Assembly (NCBI GenBank): GCA_965197935.1 | Contig: CBDAOD010000002.1 | Location: 1,218,849 to 1,282,848 of the forward strand | From: Vicinamibacterales bacterium | GTDB taxonomy: Bacteria > Acidobacteriota > Vicinamibacteria > Vicinamibacterales > CAZQMT01 | Reading direction: 5' to 3' | Length of the DNA stretch: 64,000 nucleotides | Shown: positions 40,605 through 48,040 of the stretch, one piece after another | Position numbering within the stretch: position 1 is the stretch's first letter | Layout: the number at the start of each line of letters is the position of its first letter | Translations under genes and position numbers: made by a program | Notes under the pieces: generated by a model | What the model was told of the DNA's origin: nothing | Database searches by the model: none | Seen by the model: only the letters and a program-made list of their open reading frames with translations

Positions 40605-41435
40605 ATGGCGCGACCGATGTCCGATGAGGGATTCCACGAGATTCAGCTCAGTGGGAAACAGCTCGTCTTCCTGTTCATGGCGACGACCGTCGTTTCGGTC
40701 GTGATCTTCCTCTGCGGCGTGTTGGTGGGGCGGGGGGCCGGGATGCAGTCCGCCCCCCGGTTCGCGGCGGCGGGCGATGTGAGTCCGGCGAGCGAACGCC
40801 CGGGCGGGTCTCGGATCGATACGACCAGCCTCGGCGGCGCGCCCGGTAGCGCCCTGGCCGGCATGGGAGCCGTGGAGGCTGCGGAGATCGAGACGGCCGA
40901 CGCCGAAGAGATCGAGGAGACGGCGGGGCAGGACGGGAAAGCGGAGCTCACCTATCACGATCGTCTCGAGGCCGACGAGGACCCGCCGGTCGAGACGCTC
41001 GAGACATCCCCGCCTGCGGCGGAACGTGTCGTGGAATCGCGACCCAGCTCCGTCGCCGACCGTCCCGCGGCGCGGCCGCCCGCGGCGGCGGCGTCGCCGA
41101 CCGGCACCCGGGCCGCTCCACCACCGGCTCCGGCGCGAAGTTCTGCGGCCTCCCCGCGGGCCACAGGACCGGCGGCGGCTTCAGGTTCGTCTCCGGCGCC
41201 GAGCGATGGCTACGCGGTTCAGGTGGCGGCCCTGCGCAACCGCACGCAGGCCGAAGCTATCGTCGCCCGGCTCTCGGGGCGCGGGTATCCGGCCTACGTG
41301 CTGGGGCCGGACCCGGGAGCGCCGGCGCGGATCTATCGCGTGCGCGTCGGCAGCTATCCTGATCGACGGGAGGCCCAGCAGATCGTCCGCCGCCTCGAGA
41401 CCGAGGAAAAGCTCAAACCCTGGATTACCCGATAG
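40605..41435 (+). CDS. SPOR domain-containing membrane protein
   Basis: N-terminal TM segment, Pro/Ala-rich linker and C-terminal SPOR domain (YAVQVAALRNRTQAEAIVARLSGRGYPAYVL...YRVRVGSYPDRREAQQIVRRLE). Confidence 0.8.
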   Translation: MARPMSDEGFHEIQLSGKQLVFLFMATTVVSVVIFLCGVLVGRGAGMQSAPRFAAAGDVSPASERPGGSRIDTTSLGGAPGSALAGMGAVEAAEIETADAEEIEETAGQDGKAELTYHDRLEADEDPPVETLETSPPAAERVVESRPSSVADRPAARPPAAAASPTGTRAAPPPAPARSSAASPRATGPAAASGSSPAPSDGYAVQVAALRNRTQAEAIVARLSGRGYPAYVLGPDPGAPARIYRVRVGSYPDRREAQQIVRRLETEEKLKPWITR

Positions 41436-41522
41436 CCGGTTCGACAGCCCACGCGGCAGCCCGCGACGCAACCCGTCCCGTGCCCCGTCCAGGCCGGTCG
41501 TGGCAGCTCTCGGGGCGGCCGA

Positions 41523-43085
41523 ATGCAGTTGGACTTTCACCAGGGCCTGCTGGCTCTCATCTCCGGCGTTCTACTCGCCCTCAGCTTTCCGAAGCTCGGT
41601 CACCCGATGGTGGGGTGGATCGCGCTGGTGCCGCTGCTGGTGGCCATCGCGCGGACCGCCGGGGCGTCCCGCTGGCGACATACCTCGGGGACTCCCGATC
41701 GGGCCTGGTGGCTCGGCCTGGCGACGGGCGCCGTGTATTTCGGGGGCACCCTCTACTGGCTGACCGACGTGATGGTCTCCTTCGGTGGAGTCAGTGGCCC
41801 GGTCGGCGTGATTCTCAATGCCCTGCTCGTGGCCTATCTGGCGCTGTTCCCGACAGCGTTCGCCATTCTCGTCGGTCGGCTTGTGCGCGCGGTCGGATTG
41901 TCCGGTCTGGCGCTGGTGCCGGCCGCCTGGGTCGCGACCGAGTTGGCGCGCACCCACCTTTTTGGTGGGTTCCCCTGGGTCCTCCTCGGGTACAGCCAGA
42001 CGACGGTGCTGCCGGTTGCGCAGCTTGCGAGCGTGCTCGGCGTCTACGGCCTCTCCGCGCTCGTGGCCCTCGTGAATGCCGCGATTGCCTACGCTATCTG
42101 CGGCACGGGCTGGCGCCGGGCCGCGACGCTGGCGCTGGCGGTGGCGAGTGTGGCCGGTGTCGCGGCGTGGGGAGCCCGTCGCGTGGCGGTGGGCGCGTTC
42201 GTCACCGGCGGCGATCCGATCCGGGTTGCGCTGATCCAGGGCAACATCGCGCAGGACGACAAGTGGGACCCGGCGATGCGACAGTCGATCCTGGATACCT
42301 ACCTGACCATGACCCGCGCGGCGGCGGAGAGTGATCCACAGCTGGTCATCTGGCCCGAATCCTCGACGCCCTTCACTTTCGCGGAGGATCGCGCGGGCGG
42401 CGATGCCGTCCGCGGCGTCGTCCGCGAGATGGGCATTCCGCTCCTGCTCGGCAGCGACCACCTCGAGCGATCCGCGGAGGTGAAGTACTATAACGCGGCG
42501 TTCCTGCTGGGCCCGGATGGCGAGACGGAGGCCGTCTATCACAAGATCCATCTGGTGCCGTTCGGCGAGTTCGTGCCGATGCGGCGGCTGCTCTTCTTCG
42601 CGGAGCGGCTGGTCGAGGGTGTCGCGGACTTCTCGCCGGGCAGTGTGCCCGTGACCCTGCCGATCGGCGGGCATCTGGCCAGCACGGCGATCTGCTATGA
42701 GGTCGTCTATCCGGGCCTGATGCGGCAGTTCGTCCTCGCTGGTAGCGAGCTGCTGACGACCATCACGAACGACGCCTGGTACGGCGCCTCATCGGCGCCG
42801 CATCAGCACTTCGAACAGGCGTCGATGCGCGCCATCGAGCAGGGGCGCTATCTGGTTCGGGCGGCCAACACGGGGATCAGCGGCATCGTCGATCCGTACG
42901 GCCAGGTGGAGGCGCGCACGGGGATCTTCGAACCCGCCACGGTGGTCGGCGACGTCAGGTTTCTTGACGAGCTCACCGTGTACGGGATCATCGGCGACCT
43001 GTTCGCGTATCTGTGCCTGGCGGTGACGCTCGCGGCCGTGCTGACCACGCTCGTGCGTCGGGGTCGCCCGTTCGAGGCCGGCTAG
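41523..43085 (+). CDS. lnt: Apolipoprotein N-acyltransferase
   Basis: Multi-TM N-terminal half and CN-hydrolase domain (VIWPESS, YYNAAFLLGPDG, AICYEVVYP, ITNDAWYG). Confidence 0.9.
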   Translation: MQLDFHQGLLALISGVLLALSFPKLGHPMVGWIALVPLLVAIARTAGASRWRHTSGTPDRAWWLGLATGAVYFGGTLYWLTDVMVSFGGVSGPVGVILNALLVAYLALFPTAFAILVGRLVRAVGLSGLALVPAAWVATELARTHLFGGFPWVLLGYSQTTVLPVAQLASVLGVYGLSALVALVNAAIAYAICGTGWRRAATLALAVASVAGVAAWGARRVAVGAFVTGGDPIRVALIQGNIAQDDKWDPAMRQSILDTYLTMTRAAAESDPQLVIWPESSTPFTFAEDRAGGDAVRGVVREMGIPLLLGSDHLERSAEVKYYNAAFLLGPDGETEAVYHKIHLVPFGEFVPMRRLLFFAERLVEGVADFSPGSVPVTLPIGGHLASTAICYEVVYPGLMRQFVLAGSELLTTITNDAWYGASSAPHQHFEQASMRAIEQGRYLVRAANTGISGIVDPYGQVEARTGIFEPATVVGDVRFLDELTVYGIIGDLFAYLCLAVTLAAVLTTLVRRGRPFEAG

Positions 43086-43207
43086 CACTACGTTGTCAGC
43101 GGCCCACGCGATGGGATCGCGACTCGACACGTGAGCCGCCGCAATCTTTTCGGTTTGCTGGGTGGCCGCCGTTTCGGCCCACAGCGGCCGATCTGACAAC
43201 GTAGTAC
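43082..43207. mobile_element. Family D palindromic element (copy D1, no conserved core)
   Basis: CTAGCACTACGTTGTCAG ... CTGACAACGTAGTAC terminal inverted repeats. Internal GCCGCCGCAATCTTTTCGGTTTGCTGGG is shared with D2. The left CTAG holds the lnt stop. Confidence 0.65.
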
Positions 43208-43211
43208 CGGC

Positions 43212-43273
43212 GGTGTGTCTCACACGTGGCTTGACGGACGTGCCGGGCGCGGCGCCCGGCTCGCAAGGCGCGA
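43212..43273 (+). repeat. Element remnant carrying only the left half of the conserved core
   Basis: GGTGTGTCTCACACGTGGC (also at 54989) followed by GCGCGGCGCCCGGCTCGCAAGGCGCGA (43247-43273). This matches core half 1 of families A/B/C/E but has no tip or second half. Confidence 0.4.
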
Positions 43274-43334
43274 TGCGCCGCTGACGTTCGGTCGGAGAAC
43301 ACGACGTTCAGAGACGGGGAGGATCCACGTGGCG

Positions 43335-44451
43335 ATGGCACTCGACGAACAGGTGCGTAGGTATCAGGATCTCGTCAAGCGGGCAGCCGATCTCCGGGGT
43401 TATCTTTGAGGCGGCGCGCCCCGCACACGAGATCGAGGCGATCGAGCGCCAGGCAAGCGATCCGGCATTCTGGAAGGACCAGGCCGAGGCGCAGCGCGTG
43501 CTGCAGCGGCGGCGCCGGCTCGAACAGGATCTGCAGCTGATCGGATCGCTCCGGCGACGTAGCGAGGACCTCGGCGTCCTGATCGACTGGGCGACCCAGG
43601 GCGAGGAGGTGGGTGACGAGCTCACGCCCGCGCTCGACGCGCTGGCCGAAGAGGTCGACACCGCCGAGATCAAGAAGATGCTCGGCGGCGAGCACGATCG
43701 CAAGAACGCGATCGTCGCGATCCACCCGGGGGCGGGGGGCACCGAGTCACAGGACTGGGCGGAGATGCTCCTTCGGATGTATCTCCGGTGGGCCGAGCGC
43801 CGCGGCTTCACGGCCGAGGTGATCGATCAGCAGCCGGGTGACGAGGCGGGTATCAAGAGCGCGACCCTGACCGTGTCCGGCGATTATGCCTACGGCCTGC
43901 TCCTGGCCGAGGCCGGCGTCCATCGCCTCGTGCGGATCTCTCCCTACGACCAGGCGGCGCGTCGGCATACCTCCTTTGCATCGGTCTTCGTGTGGCCGGA
44001 GCTGCCGGACGACGTCGACGTCGAGATCGAGGACCAGGATCTGCGCATCGATACCTACCGGTCGAGTGGAGCTGGCGGCCAGCATGTCAACGTGACCGAT
44101 TCGGCCGTCCGCCTCACCCACCTGCCGACGGGCATCGTCGTCTCCTGTCAGAACGAGCGCTCGCAGCATCGGAACCGGGACGCCGCCATGAAGGTGCTGC
44201 GGAGCCGGCTCTACGATCTGCGGCTCAAGGAGCAGCAGTCGAAGCTGGAGCAGCTTGGCGGCGAGAAGAAGGAGATCGCCTTTGGCAGCCAGATTCGCAG
44301 CTACGTCCTTCATCCCTACCAGATTGTGAAGGACCACCGCACGAAGGAAGAGGTGGGGGACGTCAGCCGTATTCTCGACGGCGACCTCGACGGCTTCATC
44401 AAGCTGTATCTGATGCAGAAGGCGATCGGCGGATCCAAGCCGGCCAGTTAG
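43335..44451 (+). CDS. prfB: Peptide chain release factor 2 (programmed +1 frameshift; join 43335..43406, 43408..44451)
   Basis: Frame 0 reads MALDEQVRRYQDLVKRAADLRGYL and stops at TGA 43407-43409. The +1 frame continues EAARPAHEIEAIERQASDPAFWKDQ... through SGAGGQHVN (GGQ) to 44451. Confidence 0.9.
43396..43410 (+). promoter_or_regulatory. prfB +1 frameshift site
   Basis: GGGGT TAT CTT TGA G has an internal SD-like GGGG three nt upstream of the slippery CTT-TGA. The E. coli paradigm is AGGGGG TAT CTT TGA C. Confidence 0.85.
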
Positions 44452-44611
44452 CAATACGTTGTCAGTTCTCGTGGGACCGGCCTGGCGGGGACCGCCCAGC
44501 AAACCGAAGACATTGCGGCGGCTGACGCCACGTGTTTCAGCCGGGCCACGGAAGCTGGCCGCCTTCACGGTTTGCTGGGCGACCCCCGCCAGACCGGTCC
44601 CACGAGAACTG
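44448..44611. mobile_element. Family D palindromic element (copy D2, right terminus missing)
   Basis: TTAGCAATACGTTGTCAG at the left, with the TAG serving as the prfB stop. Long internal palindrome CAGTTCTCGTGGGACCGG...CCGGTCCCACGAGAACTG (44463-44611). CCCAGCAAACCGAAGACATTGCGGCGGC is related to D1. Confidence 0.6.
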
Positions 44612-44637
44612 AAGTCCTGAGGCGGGCTGCACCGATC

Positions 44638-44667
44638 CTGGTGCGACGCGGGACGGCCGGTTGCTAG
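44638..44667 (-). repeat. Degenerate family A arm remnant
   Basis: The reverse complement CTAGCAACCGGCCGTCCCGCGTCGCACCAG aligns with the A arm CTAGCAGCCCGTGGTAAAAGTCCTGCGTCGCACCAAG if an internal deletion is allowed. Confidence 0.35.
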
Positions 44668-44828
44668 TGCACCGCCGTCGAGATCCGGTCACGCCTCGAG
44701 CCCGGCAGCACACCCATCCGCGGCGTTGCCGCTCCTCGAAATACTCCCGGTATTCCTCGTCGCGGCGCCTTGCGCCTGGGCGCGCTGCGAACCCGATCCA
44801 TGACCGCATCTCGACGGCGGTGCACTAG
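44664..44828 (-). mobile_element. Core-bearing hairpin MITE, family B (copy B2)
   Basis: CTAGTGCACCGCCGTCGAGATCCGGTCACG ... GACCGCATCTCGACGGCGGTGCACTAG, with tip AATACTCCCGGTATT at 44740-44754. Confidence 0.85.
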
Positions 44829-44990
44829 CAGCCCGTGGTGAAAGTCCTGCGTCGCACAAAGGGCGGCGCTGCGCCCGGCTGGCGGGGCGCGAGGAGGAAA
44901 AATACCGGGAGTATTTGACCGACGAGCAACGCAGTCAGGCGGGATGCAGCGCTGGCCGACTGCAGCAGGGCTTTTACCACGGGCTGCTAG
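44825..44990 (+). mobile_element. Core-bearing hairpin MITE, family A (copy A3)
   Basis: Shares its left CTAG (44825-44828) with B2. CTAGCAGCCCGTGGTGAAAGTCCTGC ... GCAGGGCTTTTACCACGGGCTGCTAG, with tip at 44901-44915. The right CTAG holds the stop of the minus-strand PBP gene. Confidence 0.85.
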
Positions 44991-47260
44991 CGAGGGAAGA
45001 GCACGCCCGGCTCGGTGCCCGCGATGAACGCCTCGGTGATGGCGGAGGCGGAGGCGGTATCGGTCACGCTGCCGGTGTAGCGATCGACCGTGAGGAAGAC
45101 GATGTTACCCGGTGGGGAGAATTCGGGACGCTCCTCGCGGGTGGCGAGATACGCCTCCATGAACTCGATCCAGATGGGGAGTGCCGCGCGTGCCCCTTCT
45201 TCGCTTGGCCCGAGAGGCTTCTTCTCGTCGTGGCCGACCCAGACCCCCACCGTGATGTCCGGGTCGAAGCCGATGAACGACGCGTCGGTGAAGTCGTCCA
45301 CGGTGCCGGTCTTGCCGGCCAGCGGCCAGTCGATCTGGGCCGCCCGGACAGCCGTCCCGCGCAGCACGACGCCCCGGAGCAGGTTGGTGAGGACGAACGC
45401 CGTGTCCGGACGAATCGCGTCGCTCGGTTCGGGATGGTTCTCTTCCAGCACCCGCCCTTCACGATCCGTGACCTTCAGCATCTGATACGGCCGCATCCGA
45501 ACGCCCTGGTTCGGGAACACCGAGTATGCGCTGGTGATCTCCTCCAGCGTCGCCTCGCCGGCGCCAAGCGCGAGCGAGAGGACCGGAGGCAAGGGGGTGG
45601 AGAAGCCGAACCGCTGCGCGTAGGTCGCCACCGACTCCGGGTCGAGCTCGGCCATAACGGCCACCGCCGGAACGTTGCGCGACTTCTCGAGCGCGCGCCG
45701 CAGCGTGATCGGACCTTCGTATTTCTGGTCGTAGTTCGTGGGTTGGTAGAGCGGCTGCTCCGGCCCGACCTCGTAGGTGGCGGGGTCGTCCATCAAGATC
45801 GTGGCGGCGGTATAGCCGCGATCGATGGCGGCCGAGTAGAGAATCGCCTTGAACGTGGACCCGAGCTGACGCAGCGCCTGCGTGGCGCGGTTGAACTTGC
45901 TGCGTTGGAAGCTGTACCCGCCCACCATGGCCAGGATCTGCCCCGTGCGATGCTCGATCGCAATGAGCGCGCCCTCGACCAGCGGCGTCTGCTCCAGGGT
46001 GACCTCGGCGGTTTCGGCCTGGTCGTCCACGGCCTCGATCCGCGTCTCGATCAGGTCTCCGACCTCGAACAGCTCCGCCGCCGAGGCGCGGCGCGTCCAG
46101 GCGAAGCCCTCGGGGTCGAGCTCGGCCCGATACGGTCCGATTCTCAGCCGCGCCCGGTCTCGGTCGACATCGAGCACGACGGCCGGCACGATGTTCCCGG
46201 GTTCGAGCCGCTGCGCCCAACGCGGGTCGGCGAACGTGTCGGGCTCCTGGCCCTCGGCGATGACGTTGCGCTCGGGGTCGCGGAAGCCCCGGCGCTTGTC
46301 AATGCGGCGGAGGCCGTGGTCGACGGCGCCGTTGGCCGCGCGCTGAAGCCCCACGTCGAGGGAGCTGGAGACCGACAGCCCGCTCTCGTACAGGGCCTTG
46401 GCGCCGTACCGGGCCTCGAGGCTCTTGCGAATCTCCTCGACGAAATAGGGTGCGATCGAGGTCCCATCGGGCGTGCGTCCGTGGAGGACGATCGGGCGTC
46501 GCTGCGCCTCGTCGGCCTCGTCGCGGGTGACGAGATTCTCGACGGCCATACGGTCGAGCACGTAGTCGCGCCGGCGCTGGGCTCGGGCCATGTCGACGAA
46601 TGGGCTCAGCCGCGATGGCGCCTGAATCAGGGCGGCGATCACGGCGGCCTCCTCGAGGGTCACCTCCGAGGCGGACTTGTCGAAGTACAGACGTGCGGCG
46701 GCCTCCACACCGTGCGCGCCGTGACCGAGGTAGATCTGGTTGCAGTAGAACGTGAAGATCTCTCGCTTGGTGTAGCGCTTCTCGATCTGAAGGGCGAGGA
46801 CGGCCTCCCGGATCTTTCGTTCGAACGTCTTCTCACGCGGGTTCAGGCCGAGCTGGGCGAGGTTGCGCGCGAGCTGCTGAGTGAGGGTGCTGGCCCCCTG
46901 TGCGCGCCGCCCTTCCGCGATGTCCTTGACCGCCGCGATGACGATGCGCGACATGCTGAGACCGAAATGGGTGTTGAACTGCGCGTCCTCGACCGCGAGG
47001 ACGGCGTTGCGGAGGTGGGGCGCGATGTCGTCGAAGCCGATCACCGACCGTCGCTCGGTCGCGAACTCGCCGATCACCTCTCCGCCGCGCGCGTGGACCC
47101 GGGTGATGATGCTGGGCGCGTAATCGTCAAGGGCGGTGATCTGTGGGAGGTCCCCCGCGTACGCGAACACGACACCGCTCAGGATCCCGGCCAGCGACGC
47201 ACCAATGAACAGGGCCGCAATCCCGGCCTGTCGGACGACCCGAATCACCTCTTGAGCCAC
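44987..47260 (-). CDS. mrcA: Penicillin-binding protein 1A (bifunctional transglycosylase/transpeptidase)
   Basis: GT51 motifs (AVEDAQFNTHFG, RKIREA), transpeptidase SxxK (GSTFK) and KTGT (AGKTGTVDD). 757 aa. Confidence 0.92.
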   Translation of the reverse strand: MAQEVIRVVRQAGIAALFIGASLAGILSGVVFAYAGDLPQITALDDYAPSIITRVHARGGEVIGEFATERRSVIGFDDIAPHLRNAVLAVEDAQFNTHFGLSMSRIVIAAVKDIAEGRRAQGASTLTQQLARNLAQLGLNPREKTFERKIREAVLALQIEKRYTKREIFTFYCNQIYLGHGAHGVEAAARLYFDKSASEVTLEEAAVIAALIQAPSRLSPFVDMARAQRRRDYVLDRMAVENLVTRDEADEAQRRPIVLHGRTPDGTSIAPYFVEEIRKSLEARYGAKALYESGLSVSSSLDVGLQRAANGAVDHGLRRIDKRRGFRDPERNVIAEGQEPDTFADPRWAQRLEPGNIVPAVVLDVDRDRARLRIGPYRAELDPEGFAWTRRASAAELFEVGDLIETRIEAVDDQAETAEVTLEQTPLVEGALIAIEHRTGQILAMVGGYSFQRSKFNRATQALRQLGSTFKAILYSAAIDRGYTAATILMDDPATYEVGPEQPLYQPTNYDQKYEGPITLRRALEKSRNVPAVAVMAELDPESVATYAQRFGFSTPLPPVLSLALGAGEATLEEITSAYSVFPNQGVRMRPYQMLKVTDREGRVLEENHPEPSDAIRPDTAFVLTNLLRGVVLRGTAVRAAQIDWPLAGKTGTVDDFTDASFIGFDPDITVGVWVGHDEKKPLGPSEEGARAALPIWIEFMEAYLATREERPEFSPPGNIVFLTVDRYTGSVTDTASASAITEAFIAGTEPGVLFPR

Positions 47261-47405
47261 CTCGGCTGCCCTTTCTCCCGTGCCCCGCCCGGGCGGGTGC
47301 TCCGGGCTGCGACGACGCGGGACAACCCCATGGTAGACGGTTTGGCGACGGAGGGGAACCTCCGTTGCGACGTCTTGCCCGCCGGGCGCCGCGCCCGCTC
47401 GGGTG

Positions 47406-47814
47406 CTAGCAGCCCGTGGTGAAAGTCCTGCGCTGCACCAAGGGCGGTGCTGCGCCCGCCTGGCTAGTACTACTTTGTTAGATCCGCAATTGCACCGACT
47501 CTAGAGTCTCCCTCTGGGATGGGTGAAACCCCTCGCCTTTAGGCGAAGCCTTCAGGAGGCCGCAGGGCCGGACCTCTTCGGGCTCTGGGACGTGCGCCGT
47601 GATAGTCGGCTTCAGCCGACGCGGCGCACTGATTCCCTCGCCTTCAGGCGAGGGAGACTCAAATCACTTGTCGGATCTCGCCCAAATTGTGCGATCTAAT
47701 AAAGTAGTACTAGGCGCGAGGAGCGAAAATACCGGGAGTATTTGACCGACGAACAACGCGGTCAGGCGGGATGCAGCGCCGGCCGACTGCAGCAAGATTT
47801 CTACCACGGGCTGC
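47406..47814 (+). mobile_element. Core-bearing hairpin MITE, family A (copy A4) interrupted by a nested family F element
   Basis: Left part is CTAGCAGCCCGTGGTGAAAGTCCTGCGCTGCACCAAGGGCGGTGCTGCGCCCGCCTGG. A 250-bp insert follows, then GCGCGAGGAGCGAAAATACCGGGAGTATTTGACC...GCAGCAAGATTTCTACCACGGGCTGC. The right terminal CTAG is lost (CTGCGGG). Confidence 0.8.
47464..47713. mobile_element. Family F element (related to family D termini), nested inside A4
   Basis: CTAGTACTACTTTGTTAGATC ... GATCTAATAAAGTAGTACTAG inverted repeats bounded by CTAG on both sides. The interior is rich in stem-loops. Its termini resemble the D1 end GTACTACGTTGTCAGATC. Confidence 0.75.
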
Positions 47815-47924
47815 GGGCACACCGAGATGCTCACAACGGCTGCGGGGAAGCCCGCAGAATCCGATAGGCGCGCCGAAACCCAGCGGGGGAATGGACCAAG
47901 AAACTGAGGAGATTTGCATTCATC

Positions 47925-47953
47925 TTGACAAGATTATACTAAGATTTTATAAT
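47925..47953 (+). promoter_or_regulatory. Consensus sigma-70-type promoter upstream of dnaK
   Basis: TTGACA (47925-47930), a 17-nt spacer, then TATAAT (47948-47953) in the most AT-rich patch of the window. The -35 box sits inside the 13-bp palindrome ATCTTGACAAGAT. Confidence 0.55.
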
Positions 47954-48040
47954 GTTGTTGTTGTTAAGAACTGGATGGCCCAACCGCCAGACCATGTCGG
48001 AATCTCTTGAGTGGGTACGTCGACCTGCGAGGATACAGCT

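Noticed and set aside
47525-47634. Hammerhead-ribozyme-like pieces in element F (GAAAC at 47525, CTGATT at 47629)
   Set aside because: The CUGAUGA box is not present (the sequence is CUGAUU). I also could not draw the three-stem junction with a cleavage-site UH in the right place.
48006-48026. HspR operator (HAIR) candidate CTTGAGT-gggtacg-TCGACCT in the dnaK leader
   Set aside because: The first half is perfect, but the second half does not match ACTCAAG at most positions. It is not an inverted repeat.
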